Below the pieces are notes generated by a model. It did not search any database, was not told where the DNA came from, and saw only the letters and a program-made list of their open reading frames with translations. This document shows positions 19,054 through 30,074 of a stretch of 64,000 nt of DNA, piece after piece (positions within the stretch are counted from its first letter, which is position 1; the number at the start of each line of letters is the position of its first letter). The DNA is taken from the NCBI GenBank assembly GCA_963665125.2, contig CAXXUK010000001.1, positions 448,001-512,000 on the forward strand. The letters run 5' to 3'. Source of the stretch: an uncultured Desulfarculus sp. GTDB taxonomy: Bacteria; Desulfobacterota; Desulfarculia; Desulfarculales; Desulfarculaceae. A program made the position numbers and the translations under genes.

Positions 19054-19650
19054 TTAGCGGCCCCGGTCCATGGCCTGGTTGGCCAGACCGTCGGCACGCT
19101 GATTTAATTCTCTTCTGATATGAATAATATGCGCCCGGTCAAAGCGTTGCAACAGTGCTTTGGCTTTTGCATAGAAAGGTTTGAGGTGTTCGGCCCTGAC
19201 CTTGTATTGGCCGTTTAGCTGTTTGACCAGCAACTCGCTGTCCAGCTTGGCCGTAATTTCACGGGCCTTCAATTCGGCGGCGGCTTCAAGGCCCATGATC
19301 AGGCCGTGGTACTCGGCCACGTTATTTGTGGTGTTGCCCAGGAATTTGCTTAGGGCCAACAACTCGTTGCCTTGGTCGTCGCTAACCACCGCTCCGGCCC
19401 CGGCCGGGCCGGGGTTGCCCCGGGAACCGCCGTCGGCCATTATCACCAGATGGCCGGCATGCCCGGTTTGCCTGGGGCTTGGCTTGGGCGGCTCGACCGG
19501 GGTGAACCCCATGGCGGCCGCGCCGCGTTCCAGACAATTGGCCATGGTGTCGGCGTCGGCGGGCAAGGTGTATTGACCTTTGCGGAGGCTGCAGGCCATT
19601 TCGGCTAGCAGCCGTCCGCACTGTTCAGCGGAGATCTCGGATTTGCTCAC
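19054..19650 (-). CDS. rnhA: Ribonuclease HI
   Basis: ADGGSRGNPGPAG, TNNVAEY, DSELLVKQ, RELNQRADGLAN; GTG start overlapping the upstream stop. Confidence 0.9.
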   Translation of the reverse strand: MSKSEISAEQCGRLLAEMACSLRKGQYTLPADADTMANCLERGAAAMGFTPVEPPKPSPRQTGHAGHLVIMADGGSRGNPGPAGAGAVVSDDQGNELLALSKFLGNTTNNVAEYHGLIMGLEAAAELKAREITAKLDSELLVKQLNGQYKVRAEHLKPFYAKAKALLQRFDRAHIIHIRRELNQRADGLANQAMDRGR

Positions 19651-20372
19651 AGATCGCTGAACTGTTCCGCGTCGGCCCAATAAACAAGCCTGCGGCAGGA
19701 CGGGCAATGCATGACCTTGTCCATGCGCTGCAACTCATTGTATTGCTGGGGCGGCAGGTTCATATGGCAGCATGTGCAGTTGCCGTTGCTCACGCCGGCT
19801 ACGGCGACGCCCTGGCGGCGCTGGCGGATGAAATCGTATTCGCTCATCAACTGCGCATCAATGCCCTCAAGCATACCTTGGCGCTGCTTGGTGAGGACTT
19901 CGATCTCCTTGTTTAGGGTCGCCTGACGGGCTTCCAGATCTTTGCGGATCTTGGAATCAGAAGCAATCAGGCTATCCAACTGGTCTTGGATTTCCTTGGC
20001 CCTATTGTCGAGACTTTCGAAACGCTCCATGGCTTCAAGTAGCAGGTCCTCGGTTTCCTTGAGGGAATCCTTGGCTTCGTCGATCTCGGCGTTGGCGGCC
20101 TGATATTCCTTTTGGGTTTTGGAGCCCATGAGTCTGTTTTCGGCCTTGCGTTGCCGGTTTTTCAGCTCTTCGGCGCGGGCTTCCAGGTCGCTGCGGATCT
20201 TCGAGGCTTGTTCCAGTTCTTCCTTGGCCAGGCTCAGTTCGCTACCCACGATTCGCTGGGATTCTTCCATTTCGGAAAACTGGACCGGAATCTGGTTCAA
20301 TTCCTGCTCAACCTCATATGCTGATTTGTCCACAGCTTGCAGTTTTACCAACAAGCGTAGCTGCTCAATCAA
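19647..20372 (-). CDS. Coiled-coil protein with C4-type zinc ribbon (DUF164/CT398-like)
   Basis: Long coiled coil, then CTCCHM..PPQ...CPSCRRLV. Confidence 0.85.
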   Translation of the reverse strand: MIEQLRLLVKLQAVDKSAYEVEQELNQIPVQFSEMEESQRIVGSELSLAKEELEQASKIRSDLEARAEELKNRQRKAENRLMGSKTQKEYQAANAEIDEAKDSLKETEDLLLEAMERFESLDNRAKEIQDQLDSLIASDSKIRKDLEARQATLNKEIEVLTKQRQGMLEGIDAQLMSEYDFIRQRRQGVAVAGVSNGNCTCCHMNLPPQQYNELQRMDKVMHCPSCRRLVYWADAEQFSDL

Positions 20373-20427
20373 ATTAACACCTCCGATGAGTTGGCGACCA
20401 ATAGCTCATGCCTCGGCCCGGGCGTGG

Positions 20428-21564
20428 TCAGCACGCCGGCCTCCAGGGGCTGCGGCCGTCCATATAAGCTTGGATATCGCACGAAAAACCCCGGGCCGTC
20501 AACATTTCCGACAAATGGACGGCCCAGGGCTCGATAATTACCGCTTCAGTTTCAAAGTGGCCAAAACAGGCCAGACAAATCCCCAGGTCATTGGCCTGGT
20601 CAGCCGCATGATAGCGGGCTTCGCCGGTGATCAACACCTGGGCGCCGGCCGCCGCGGCCTGGGCCAGGAAGTCGCCGCCCGAACCGCCGACGACGGCCAC
20701 TCTCTCCACTGTTTGGGGCACCGGGCCGCAGATCTGGTGCGTCGCAACCCCAAGCAATTTCGCCGCCTTGGCCAGGAATTGTTGCCCGCTTTCAGGCTCA
20801 GGCAGACGGCCGACCTTGCCGATGCCGAACCCGCTGGGGGGCTGCGTTACGGGATACAGGTCGTATGCCGGTTCTTCATAGGGATGGACCGCCAACAGCG
20901 CCGCGATCACGCGGCCGGCCGCCGCCTTGGGCAGCACTGTTTCCAGGCGAAGCTCTTGTTCGGTGTGCCACCCGCCAGGCTCACCGGCAAAAGGTTTGCC
21001 GTCGGCCGGCACCAGATAGCTGCCCTGGCCCGCCGCGGCAAAGGAACAATGGCTGTATTTTCCGATTTGGCCCGCGCCGGCAGCGAAAAGCGTTTCGGCC
21101 ACCTGGTCGTGATGGCTGGGCGGCACGAATACGGTCAGCTTGAGCTGACTCTCCGGCGCGGCTGGTTCCAAAATTTTGGTGTCCACCAAGCCCAACCTGT
21201 CGGCCAGGGCGTCGTTGACTCCCAGAGGCGCGGCGTCGAGATTGGTGTGGGCCGCGAAAAGGGCGACGCCGGAACTTACGGCCTTGATCAGTCTGGCGGT
21301 GGCCGGGTTGTCCAGCCTTAGGTTGCCCAATGGTTTGAACAGGGGCGGGTGGTGGGTCAGGATCATCTGCGCGCCGCTGGAAACGGCCTTGTCCAGCAGG
21401 TCCGGGGTCAGTTCCAGGGCCACCATGGCCCGGTCCACCTCCCAACCGGGGTTTCCCGCCAACAGGCCCACCCGATCCCAGTCCTCCGCGGTCCAGGACG
21501 GAGCCCACCGCTCCATTATCTGAACAATATCGCCGACCTTTGGTTTTTGGGCCGTTGAATCCAT
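20428..21564 (-). CDS. Nif3-like dinuclear metal centre protein (YqfO type)
   Basis: WDRVGL, THHPPLF, AHTNLD, HPYEEPAYD, GHFETE. Confidence 0.9.
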   Translation of the reverse strand: MDSTAQKPKVGDIVQIMERWAPSWTAEDWDRVGLLAGNPGWEVDRAMVALELTPDLLDKAVSSGAQMILTHHPPLFKPLGNLRLDNPATARLIKAVSSGVALFAAHTNLDAAPLGVNDALADRLGLVDTKILEPAAPESQLKLTVFVPPSHHDQVAETLFAAGAGQIGKYSHCSFAAAGQGSYLVPADGKPFAGEPGGWHTEQELRLETVLPKAAAGRVIAALLAVHPYEEPAYDLYPVTQPPSGFGIGKVGRLPEPESGQQFLAKAAKLLGVATHQICGPVPQTVERVAVVGGSGGDFLAQAAAAGAQVLITGEARYHAADQANDLGICLACFGHFETEAVIIEPWAVHLSEMLTARGFSCDIQAYMDGRSPWRPAC

Positions 21565-21690
21565 GGGCTTACAAACAATCAGGCACCCCCGCTAGAGGGC
21601 GCCCATTTCAAGGCCTTTGTTCTCACTTGCCGCATATTGCCATTGTTTGCGGCGTGCTAGTGGTGGCATCGGCCTTCTCCAGAAAATATG

Positions 21691-21767
21691 TGGTGGGCCC
21701 ACCTGGCTTCGAACCAGGGACTAACCGGTTATGAGCCGGTGGCTCTACCAAACTGAGCTATGGGCCC
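21691..21767 (-). tRNA. tRNA-Ile2 (anticodon CAT, lysidine-modified); Met(CAT) less likely
   Basis: GGGCCCATAGCTCAG...CT CAT AA...GGTTCGAAGCC...GGGCCCACCA; paired 1-72, C4-G69/C5-G68, no triple G-C anticodon stem. Confidence 0.9.
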
Positions 21768-21784
21768 GCAATTCCGAATTACTG

Positions 21785-21812
21785 ATTATGTACGCCCGGC
21801 TGGTCCTGTCAA
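21785..21812 (-). promoter_or_regulatory. Sigma70-type promoter of the tRNA-Ile2
   Basis: TTGACA-16 nt-CATAAT on the minus strand just upstream of the tRNA. Confidence 0.55.
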
Positions 21813-21844
21813 GACTGTCACGGGCCGGAGACGGCATCGTTTTT

Positions 21845-22708
21845 TCAAAACGCGCATTGTAGCAGAGATTCCATTGTACCGCCCAGGATCATTTCCCGCT
21901 CATAGGCGCCGAGGTCCAAGGTGTCGAACCACTCAAGATACAGGCACGGCTCCCGGAACGGCGCGTCGGAGCCGTAGACGACGCGATCTGAGCCCTTGCC
22001 CTTGATGATGGCCAAGACCTGCTCCGGCGGGATGAGGTAGCCGATCCAGGAAAGGTCGTAATACACGTTGTCCAGTTCATTGAGCTTTTTGATATGCTCC
22101 CAGCCATAGCAACTGCCGCCGTGGGCCGCGATGAATTTCGTGCCGGGGTGGGCCAAGGCCAGTGCCGCCAATTCGTCAGCCTCGCAGCCGTGCAGGCCAA
22201 AGGCGTCAAGCAGGGGGCCCATGTGGGGTTTGGCGGCCACCAGGCCTTCGTCTTGCAGTGTGTCGATCAAAACCGGCAATCCGCTCTGCTCGATGGCGTC
22301 GAACATCCTGGCCGTTTCGGGGGTGTCCAGCCGGAACCTCTGAATGAACGGATGCACCTTGATGCCTTTGATGCCCAGTTCCAGGATGGTCTGCATCTCG
22401 GCCTGGAGGTCGCAACCGGGCAGCAGGGACCCAAAGGGTATTATTTGGTCGAACTTGGCGGCCTGTTCGGCCGACCAGCGGTTCATGAAGCTGACGCGCT
22501 CCACACGGCTGGTGACTGGTAGAAGAACGAAGCGGTCCACGCTGCAATTCAGCTGTGCGTTGATTACGTCTTCCAGGGTCCCGCCCATGGCCAGACGCCA
22601 TTTATGGGGGTCATCGTCGGGCATCGACTCGTCTAAAAAGGCTAATCTTTGAACGAGTCCTTCGATATCTTCGGGTAAAAAGGCATGGCAGTGTGCGTCT
22701 ATGATCAT
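21845..22708 (-). CDS. Amidohydrolase-family metal-dependent hydrolase
   Basis: IDAHCH, GIKVHP, AAHGG, VYYDLS, YGSDAPF. Confidence 0.85.
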   Translation of the reverse strand: MIIDAHCHAFLPEDIEGLVQRLAFLDESMPDDDPHKWRLAMGGTLEDVINAQLNCSVDRFVLLPVTSRVERVSFMNRWSAEQAAKFDQIIPFGSLLPGCDLQAEMQTILELGIKGIKVHPFIQRFRLDTPETARMFDAIEQSGLPVLIDTLQDEGLVAAKPHMGPLLDAFGLHGCEADELAALALAHPGTKFIAAHGGSCYGWEHIKKLNELDNVYYDLSWIGYLIPPEQVLAIIKGKGSDRVVYGSDAPFREPCLYLEWFDTLDLGAYEREMILGGTMESLLQCAF

Positions 22709-22875
22709 TTTTTATAGCACTTTTTTATTTGGCACCTAGAAAACTAGGGTTGCGGTGTAGTAATGTCAATGGACCGTCACCATCAAATATGGTGTGCCAC
22801 TGGGGAACTGTCAATATTTGGCAAGTATTCAGGTGTGCGCCGTAGCGTGGACCACAAGGCAAGGGGGTTTCATAA

Positions 22876-24825
22876 ATGGCTCTCAGGATTGGTATCAGCG
22901 GGAAAATTTTGTCCGGTGTCTTGGCTTCACTGATTCCCATGGCTGTAGTAATTCTCGTTTTGTCTTTTCAAGCAGCCGGGACCATAGGCAGCGGGGCCAA
23001 ACAGGACTTGGACCACATCACCCAAAACCTGCGCGCCCTATGCCAATCCCAGCAAGAGATCCTGCAAAAAAAAGTGGACAGTGATCTGTTGGTCGCGGTC
23101 AACGTTTTGGGGCAGTTCAGCTGGGACGCTCCCATGGCCAATCACCCGGACCAGAAAATGAAATGGACCGTGGTCAACCAGGAGACAAGGCAGTCAAAGG
23201 AAATGGAACTGCCGGTCCTGGTAGCCGGAGATCATGTGCTGTCGCAAAATTTTGAAGTCGCGGACAAGGTGAAGTCCCTGGTGGGCTCCGAGGTCGCCGT
23301 GTTTCAGCGCATGAACGAACAGGGAGACCTGCTAAATGTCTCGACTACGGTCAAGGATGGCGACAAAAGGGCCATTGGCACCTATATGCCGGCGTCTTCC
23401 CCCGTGGCCCAAAGCCTTGTGGCCAACAAGCCTTATCGAGGCAGGGCATTCGTGGTGGACGGCTGGTACATCACCACCTATCGGCCCATGATGGATATGA
23501 ATGAAAAGGTCGTGGGCGGGCTCTACGTCGGCGTGCCGGAACTTTCGGCCAAGAGCCTGCTGGACACCTTCCGCAAGGTCAAGGTTTACGAATCTGGCTT
23601 TGCATTTGTGCTCAACAAACAGGGCGAGATGATCGTTCATCCCAAATTCGCCGGGAAAAACATGATCAATCACCCCCAGGTTGGCACTGTAATCGCCAAA
23701 TTGCTTGAGTCGCTGTCCGGCGAGGGTCTTGACGGCAAGGTGGACAGCCTCATCTATACGGATCCGTCGGGCCGTGAGGCCGAGATGTGCTTCACCACTT
23801 TCAAGCCCTGGGACTGGGTCATCGGCGTGGTCGTTTATGAAGACGAAATGATGGCCGGCGTTCATACCATGACCCTGACCGCGTGGACCGTTCTCGGCTT
23901 GAGCATTATTATCATGGCCCCATTCGGCTGGTACCTCAGCCGCAGCTTGGCCAAACCCCTTATCGGCTCCATCAAAGTGCTCAATGACGGCGCCCAGCGC
24001 ATGAACGAAAACGCGGCCACGCTCAGCAGCTCTTCCCAGAGCCTGGCCGAAGGGTCCAGCGAACAGGCGGCTGCCCTGGAGGAGACATCGGCTTCCCTTG
24101 AACAGATGTCTTCGATGACCAAGCGGACGGCCAGCGACGCCACCGAGGCCGACAATTCCATGAGCAAGGCCAAGGAACTGGTTGAACAGGCCGGGATGGA
24201 TATGCGGGAGATGGGCGATTCCATGTCCAAGATTGCCGAGGCGGGTCAGCAAATCGGCAAAATCATCAAAACCATCGATGAGATAGCCTTCCAGACCAAT
24301 ATACTGGCTCTCAACGCCGCCGTGGAAGCGGCCAGGGCCGGCGAGGCCGGCGCTGGGTTCGCCGTGGTGGCCGACGAGGTGCGGGCCCTGGCCCTGCGTT
24401 CGGCTCAGGCCTCCAACGACACCCAGAGCCTGATCGAAGACGTTGTGAAGCGGATCAACCAGGGTGCCGAACTGGTTAGCAGGACCAGGGAAGGTTTTGA
24501 GGCCATGGCCGAGTCCTCCGGCCACGCCGCGGATTTGATCAGCAACATATCCACGGCCAGCGACGAACAGGCCAGGGGCATCGAGCAGGTGAGCAAGGCT
24601 CTGCACCAGATGGACTCCGTGGTTCAGAAAAACGCCGCTCAGGCCGAGGAAGCCGCCGCGGCCGCCGAGGAGATGGAAACCCAGGCCAGGTCCGTTGACC
24701 AGGTCGTCAAGGATTTGCGCGGCCTGGTGGACGGCACGTCCACGGAAAACCGCAACGGTAAAAAGAACAAATCGGTTAAGCTGGCCAAAGGCGCCGACCG
24801 GCAACTGCAACTGCCCGGCCGCTAA
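22876..24825 (+). CDS. Methyl-accepting chemotaxis protein with Cache sensor domains
   Basis: Two TM segments, Cache-like [16 protein letters not shown], signalling hairpin [34 protein letters not shown]. Confidence 0.92.
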   Translation: MALRIGISGKILSGVLASLIPMAVVILVLSFQAAGTIGSGAKQDLDHITQNLRALCQSQQEILQKKVDSDLLVAVNVLGQFSWDAPMANHPDQKMKWTVVNQETRQSKEMELPVLVAGDHVLSQNFEVADKVKSLVGSEVAVFQRMNEQGDLLNVSTTVKDGDKRAIGTYMPASSPVAQSLVANKPYRGRAFVVDGWYITTYRPMMDMNEKVVGGLYVGVPELSAKSLLDTFRKVKVYESGFAFVLNKQGEMIVHPKFAGKNMINHPQVGTVIAKLLESLSGEGLDGKVDSLIYTDPSGREAEMCFTTFKPWDWVIGVVVYEDEMMAGVHTMTLTAWTVLGLSIIIMAPFGWYLSRSLAKPLIGSIKVLNDGAQRMNENAATLSSSSQSLAEGSSEQAAALEETSASLEQMSSMTKRTASDATEADNSMSKAKELVEQAGMDMREMGDSMSKIAEAGQQIGKIIKTIDEIAFQTNILALNAAVEAARAGEAGAGFAVVADEVRALALRSAQASNDTQSLIEDVVKRINQGAELVSRTREGFEAMAESSGHAADLISNISTASDEQARGIEQVSKALHQMDSVVQKNAAQAEEAAAAAEEMETQARSVDQVVKDLRGLVDGTSTENRNGKKNKSVKLAKGADRQLQLPGR

Positions 24826-24843
24826 TAACTAAATCAACGAAAC

Positions 24844-24873
24844 GGCTCCAGGGGATTTCGAACCCCTGGAGCC
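24844..24873 (+). terminator. Hairpin after MCP gene
   Basis: ggctccagggg-atttcgaa-cccctggagcc 11-bp stem. Confidence 0.55.
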
Positions 24874-24889
24874 TGTGTTATTGTTGGAT

Positions 24890-25399
24890 ATGATTTTTTT
24901 GGGTCATATCGGGACGTCTGTGTTCTTGGCGTCGAAAATGGCGCCGGACAAGTTCAGTGGCTGGCAGGCCTTTTGGGCCACGGCCTTTTGCGCCTACCTG
25001 CCCGACCTCATTGACAAGCCTGTTTTTTGGCTGGGCTTCGCGCCGGCCCACACCGGCAGACTTTGGGCCCACGGAATATTGTTTTCCGTAGTATTTTGCC
25101 TGGCCTGCCGTCAATGGATCCCCGCCCTTTGGCCTTGGGCGCTGGCCACGCCGTTCCATCTGGTTTGCGACCGCATCTGGGTGTCGCCCCACACCCTGTT
25201 TTGGCCGTTTCTCGGCACTGGTTTTGATGAAAACCTGCCTGTCGGAGTGGCCCATTACCAACTCGCCGCTTTCCTGAATCATCAAGTGGAACACAACTTG
25301 TTGCCCTTTGCCTTTGATTTGACGGCCGAAGTAGCCGGTTTTATGATGTTGGCATATGTACTAAAGTCCGCGTTTGCCAAACCGGCGCGGATAAATTGA
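24890..25399 (+). CDS. Membrane-bound metal-dependent hydrolase (YdjM-like)
   Basis: GH...LPDLIDKP...R.WAHG...HLVCD motifs in a hydrophobic protein. Confidence 0.7.
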   Translation: MIFLGHIGTSVFLASKMAPDKFSGWQAFWATAFCAYLPDLIDKPVFWLGFAPAHTGRLWAHGILFSVVFCLACRQWIPALWPWALATPFHLVCDRIWVSPHTLFWPFLGTGFDENLPVGVAHYQLAAFLNHQVEHNLLPFAFDLTAEVAGFMMLAYVLKSAFAKPARIN

Positions 25400-25531
25400 T
25401 CTTTATCGCAATGGTTTACAAGCTCCGCCCCCTGTGATAGAAACGGCTCAACCGCCTATTTCGGCGGGAGGCGCGGCCACTCACCATGAAGCCGCCAACC
25501 CAAATACGCAAACAGCCTGGAACCGCGAATA

Positions 25532-28027
25532 ATGGCTGAAAATAACAAGCTCGAAAGATACAACCCGGCCGAGGTCGAGAAACGCTGGCAGCAACAATGG
25601 GACGCCCAGCGAGTTTTCGATGTGGACGAGAATTCCACCAAGCCCAAATACTACCTGCTGGAGATGTTTCCCTATCCCAGCGGACGCCTTCATATGGGGC
25701 ACGTACGCAACTACTCCATAGGCGATACTCTGGCCCGCCTCAAGCGCATGCGCGGCCACAACGTGCTGCACCCCATGGGCTGGGACGCCTTTGGCATGCC
25801 CGCCGAAAATGCGGCCATCGCCAACAAGACCCATCCGGCCAAGTGGACCTACGAAAACATCGACTACATGCGCGGCCAGTTCAAGAAGATGGGCTTTTCC
25901 TACGACTGGCGCCGGGAGTTGGCCACCTGCGACGTCAGCTACTACCGCTGGGAACAGCTGGTCTTCGTCAAGATGTGGGGAAAGGGCCTGGTCTACCGCA
26001 AGAACACCACGGTGAACTGGTGCGACAAGTGCCAGACCGTGCTGGCCAACGAGCAAGTGGAAGACGGCAAGTGCTGGCGCTGCGACAGCGAAGTGCAGCA
26101 AAAGCAGATGTACGGCTATTTCTTCCGCATCACCGACTATGCCGAAGAGTTGTTGGAGTGGACCCACAAGCTCGAGGGTTGGCCCGAGCGCGTGCTGACC
26201 ATGCAGCGCAACTGGATCGGCAAGTCCTACGGCGCTGAGATCGATTTCCCCATAGAGGGCCGCGACGACGCCATCAAGGTGTTCACCACCAGGGCCGACA
26301 CCCTGTTCGGCTCCACATTCATGAGCCTGGCCCCAGAGCATCCCATGGCCATCGAATTGAGCACTGGAACGGCTCAGGAGCAGGCGGTCAAGGATTTCGT
26401 GGACCGCGTGGGACGCCAGTCGTTCGCCGACCGCGCCGATGAAAAGCAGAAGGAAGGCGTGTTCACCGGGGCCTATGCCCTCAACCCGGTCAACGGCAAG
26501 CGCATCCCCATTTACGCGGCCAACTTCGTGCTCATGGACTACGGCACCGGCGCGGTCATGGCCGTGCCCACCCACGACCAGCGCGACTTTGAATTCGCCA
26601 GACAATATGGCCTGGAACTGGTCGAGGTCATCGTCGGTCCGGACGGCCCCATCGGCGAGTCCAACATGACCGAGGCCTATACAAATTACGGAACGCTGGT
26701 CAACTCGGGCCGGTTCGACGGCATGACCAGCGACGACGCCAAAAAGGCCATCCCTGCCTGGCTGGAAGAGCAGGGCAAGGGCAAGCAGACCATCAACTAC
26801 CGCCTGCGGGACTGGGGCATCAGCCGCCAGCGTTACTGGGGCGCGCCCATTCCCATGGTCCACTGCGAAAAGTGCGGCCTGAGTCCGGTCAAGCCAGAGG
26901 ATCTGCCCGTGGCGCTGCCCCTGGACGCCGAATTGCCGACAACCGGCGGTTCGCCGCTGCCGCTGCTGGATGAGTGGGTCAACACCACCTGCCCGGTCTG
27001 CGGAGGCCCGGCCAAGCGCGAGACCGACACCATGGACACCTTTGTGGAGTCTTCGTGGTATTACGCCCGCTATGCCTGCCCCGACTACGACCAGGGCCCC
27101 CTGGACCCCGAGCGCACCAACTATTGGATGCCCGTGGACCAGTATGTGGGCGGCATCGAGCACGCGGTGTTGCATCTGCTTTATTCCCGGTTCTACACCA
27201 AGGTCCTGCGGGACATGGGCATGATCAAGGCCGATGAGCCTTTCCAAAACCTGCTGACCCAGGGCATGGTCATCAAGGACGGCGCCAAAATGTCCAAGTC
27301 CAAGGGCAATGTGGTGGACCCGGACGAAATGGTGGGCCGTTACGGCGCCGACACGGTGCGGCTGTTCTCCCTGTTCGCCGCGCCGCCCGAGCGCGATCTG
27401 GAATGGTCGGACCAGGGCGTTGAAGGCGCCCACCGCTTCCTCAACCGCTTGTGGCGGCTGGGGCTGGCCGTGGTAGATAGCGCCGCCGGCGTCAAGGCCT
27501 ATGAAAGCGGCGAACTCAGCCCGACCCTGGATGATCTGCACCGCAAGACCCACGAGACCATCAAGAAGGTCACCGAAGACGCGGAGCGTTTCCAATTCAA
27601 CACGGCCATTGCCGCCTTGATGGAACTGGTCAACCAGGTAAGCCTGGTGGAACAGGACGAATCCCTGGCCGGCGACCCCCAGCGGGCGGCCGTGCTGCGC
27701 GAAGCCGTGGAGGCCACGGTGACCATGCTAAGCCCCATGGCCCCGCACATCACCGATGAACTTTGGAACCGCTTGGGTTATGATGGGCTTCTGCTTGAGG
27801 CCCAGTGGCCTGTTTGGGATGATCAGGCCCTGGCCAAGGCCGAGAAGCAGGTGGTGTTCCAGATTAATGGCAAGGTGCGCGGAAAGGCCATGCTTCCGGC
27901 GGACGCCGACGATGAGACGTTGAAGCAGACAGCCCTGGGCGATGCCAAGGTGGCCAAATTCATCGGAGAAAAACCGGTAAAAAAAGTCATCGTGGTTCAG
28001 GGCAAGTTGGTTAATATAGTAATCTGA
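25532..28027 (+). CDS. leuS: Leucine--tRNA ligase
   Basis: [13 protein letters not shown] (HIGH-like), editing [20 protein letters not shown]. Confidence 0.98.
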   Translation: MAENNKLERYNPAEVEKRWQQQWDAQRVFDVDENSTKPKYYLLEMFPYPSGRLHMGHVRNYSIGDTLARLKRMRGHNVLHPMGWDAFGMPAENAAIANKTHPAKWTYENIDYMRGQFKKMGFSYDWRRELATCDVSYYRWEQLVFVKMWGKGLVYRKNTTVNWCDKCQTVLANEQVEDGKCWRCDSEVQQKQMYGYFFRITDYAEELLEWTHKLEGWPERVLTMQRNWIGKSYGAEIDFPIEGRDDAIKVFTTRADTLFGSTFMSLAPEHPMAIELSTGTAQEQAVKDFVDRVGRQSFADRADEKQKEGVFTGAYALNPVNGKRIPIYAANFVLMDYGTGAVMAVPTHDQRDFEFARQYGLELVEVIVGPDGPIGESNMTEAYTNYGTLVNSGRFDGMTSDDAKKAIPAWLEEQGKGKQTINYRLRDWGISRQRYWGAPIPMVHCEKCGLSPVKPEDLPVALPLDAELPTTGGSPLPLLDEWVNTTCPVCGGPAKRETDTMDTFVESSWYYARYACPDYDQGPLDPERTNYWMPVDQYVGGIEHAVLHLLYSRFYTKVLRDMGMIKADEPFQNLLTQGMVIKDGAKMSKSKGNVVDPDEMVGRYGADTVRLFSLFAAPPERDLEWSDQGVEGAHRFLNRLWRLGLAVVDSAAGVKAYESGELSPTLDDLHRKTHETIKKVTEDAERFQFNTAIAALMELVNQVSLVEQDESLAGDPQRAAVLREAVEATVTMLSPMAPHITDELWNRLGYDGLLLEAQWPVWDDQALAKAEKQVVFQINGKVRGKAMLPADADDETLKQTALGDAKVAKFIGEKPVKKVIVVQGKLVNIVI

Positions 28028-28086
28028 GTGTTGGCGGACTTTGGGCCGCTGTTGGTAACGCCAAACCTTAAAAACGGGAGGCATCG

Positions 28087-28599
28087 GTGAAGAAGGCCTT
28101 ATTTAGTATTGTGGTCCTGGCTCTGTTCATTGGCGGCTGCGGGTATAATTTCCGTGGCGGGCAGAACAACTTGCCCGAGGATGTCCGCTCTGTGGCAATT
28201 CCCGTTTTTGCCAACAATACCGCTGAAGTGCGTATAGAAACCATCTTCACCGACGAGGTGATATTCCAGTTCACCCGTAGCCAGATGGTGCGGGTCGTGC
28301 CTGAGGGCGAGGCCGACGCCATCCTGCGGGGCACTCTGACCAGTATCTATCTGGAAGACGTGGCATTGACCAGCACGCAGACAACACGTCAGCGCAGGGT
28401 CACCGTTTATATGTCGGCCACCCTTACAAGGGTGCGCGACGGCAAGGTGCTGTGGCAGGGCAAGAACATGAAGCAGAACCGCACCTACAACTACACGGGC
28501 AACGTCATTACGGATGAGACCAACAAGCGCAACGCGATAGCCATGCTGGCCGAGGACTTGGCCCAGACGCTGCACGACCGCGTGTTTGAAAACTTCTAG
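28087..28599 (+). CDS. lptE: LPS-assembly lipoprotein LptE
   Basis: Lipobox GGCGYNFRG; position between leuS and holA. Confidence 0.8.
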   Translation: MKKALFSIVVLALFIGGCGYNFRGGQNNLPEDVRSVAIPVFANNTAEVRIETIFTDEVIFQFTRSQMVRVVPEGEADAILRGTLTSIYLEDVALTSTQTTRQRRVTVYMSATLTRVRDGKVLWQGKNMKQNRTYNYTGNVITDETNKRNAIAMLAEDLAQTLHDRVFENF

Positions 28600-28619
28600 C
28601 CGAAAGGCCGCCCCTGGTC

Positions 28620-29687
28620 ATGTCCAGCGTAAAAGGCCGCAGCGGCCAGGGGCCGGCCGGGCTGCCTTGGCCGGAAATCAGCCAAGGTGAGCCCGGACCA
28701 CAGTACGGTGTATTCGGTGAAGAGGACTTTTTAGTCAACCAGGGCCTGGAGGCCTTCGCGGCCTCCCCGGCCTTTGCCGATAATCCGTCTTTGAATATCG
28801 AACAGTTCCACGCCGAGGACGCGGGGCCTTCTCAGGTCTTGGAAAGTGCCCGCACTCTGCCTTTTCTGGGGCGCAGACGCCTGATAATCGTCCGCGGGGC
28901 CGACCTTTACAAGGCCCAGCAACTGTCTGATTTTATCGATTATCTAACTGACGCACCGCCAAGCACCTGCCTGGTTTTTTCCGGTAGCAAGCTCGACAGC
29001 CGCACCAAATTCGCCAAGACCCTGCAAAAGGTCGGCAAGGTCCACGTCTATAAAAAGATGTATCCCAACCAACTGCCGCCCTGGCTGAACCAGAGGGCCG
29101 CTGAAAGGGGCAAGAGACTGGTCCCCCAGGCGGCGCTGCATCTGGCTGAAATGGCAGGGCTGGGCCTCGGGGCCTTGGATTCGGAGCTGGAGAAGCTGTC
29201 TTTGTTCGTGGGCCGCAGGGACGAGATTACAATGGACGACGTGGCCAAGGTGGTGGGCAGCGGCAGGCTCAACACGATCTTTGACCTGACCGACGCCGTT
29301 GCCCGTTGCGATCTGCACCGCTCGCTTACGGCCTTTGAACAGCTTCATGCCCTGGGCGAAGCGCCGGTGCGGGTGGTGGCCATGCTCCAGCGGCTGATCC
29401 GCCAAGTGCTTGAAGTCCGCGCCGTATTGGATAACGGCGGAGACCAGCGGCAGGTGCAGCAGCAACTGCGCATACCACCCCAGGCCACGGCCGCGTTGGT
29501 GGCGCGGGCCAGGCGGGAAAGCTCGGCCGGGCTCAGTGGAAGACTGGCCCGGCTGCTGCGTGCGGATATTGACCTAAAATCATCGCCCGGCACCGACAGA
29601 GTAATCGTCGAGCGGCTGATCATGGACCTGTGCCTGATCAACAACCCGGATACCCTGGGGCCGGGCGGAAGGGCCGGAGCCCGATGA
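28620..29687 (+). CDS. holA: DNA polymerase III delta subunit
   Basis: FGEEDFL, TLPFLGRRRLIIV, SELEKL, IFDLTDA; leuS-lptE-holA synteny. Confidence 0.9.
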   Translation: MSSVKGRSGQGPAGLPWPEISQGEPGPQYGVFGEEDFLVNQGLEAFAASPAFADNPSLNIEQFHAEDAGPSQVLESARTLPFLGRRRLIIVRGADLYKAQQLSDFIDYLTDAPPSTCLVFSGSKLDSRTKFAKTLQKVGKVHVYKKMYPNQLPPWLNQRAAERGKRLVPQAALHLAEMAGLGLGALDSELEKLSLFVGRRDEITMDDVAKVVGSGRLNTIFDLTDAVARCDLHRSLTAFEQLHALGEAPVRVVAMLQRLIRQVLEVRAVLDNGGDQRQVQQQLRIPPQATAALVARARRESSAGLSGRLARLLRADIDLKSSPGTDRVIVERLIMDLCLINNPDTLGPGGRAGAR

Positions 29688-29692
29688 CAGGG

Positions 29693-29959
29693 CTAGGCGC
29701 TTACCCCGTTGACCGACTGGGTCAGGCGGGAAATCTTGCGCGAGGCGTTCCTGTTGTGGATCACGCCCTTGCTGGCAGCCTTGTCAATGGTCGGGATGGC
29801 CTTGGCCAGGGCTTCCTGGGCGGCAGCGGCATCGCCGGATTCGACAGCCAGGCGCACGGCCTTGATGCTGCGGCGCAGGGTGGTGCGCACGGCTTTGTTC
29901 TTGATACGGCGTTTTTCGCTCTGTCTGGCCCTCTTAAGGGCGGACGCGTGATTGGCCAC
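29693..29959 (-). CDS. rpsT: 30S ribosomal protein S20
   Basis: ANHASALKRARQ, IDKAASKGVIHNRNASRKISRL; GTG start with GGAGG RBS. Confidence 0.97.
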   Translation of the reverse strand: MANHASALKRARQSEKRRIKNKAVRTTLRRSIKAVRLAVESGDAAAAQEALAKAIPTIDKAASKGVIHNRNASRKISRLTQSVNGVSA

Positions 29960-30074
29960 TTGGGGCTCCTCCTGCATTTAAGAGTATCTGCGTTTGGCTC
30001 TTTTGCCAAAAATTACGGTCATGTCAAGACCCAACATTTAACGGCTGATGCCGCGCCTGTCAAGGGGTTTGTGG

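Noticed and set aside
18484..19118. Short ORFs overlapping rnpB
   Set aside because: Explained by the RNase P RNA on the minus strand.
25481..27595. 704-aa minus-strand ORF, and similar long ORFs at 9229-10968, 23332-24810, 60034-61416 and 4505-6172
   Set aside because: Antisense shadows of well-supported genes, expected with GC-rich codon bias; no motifs.
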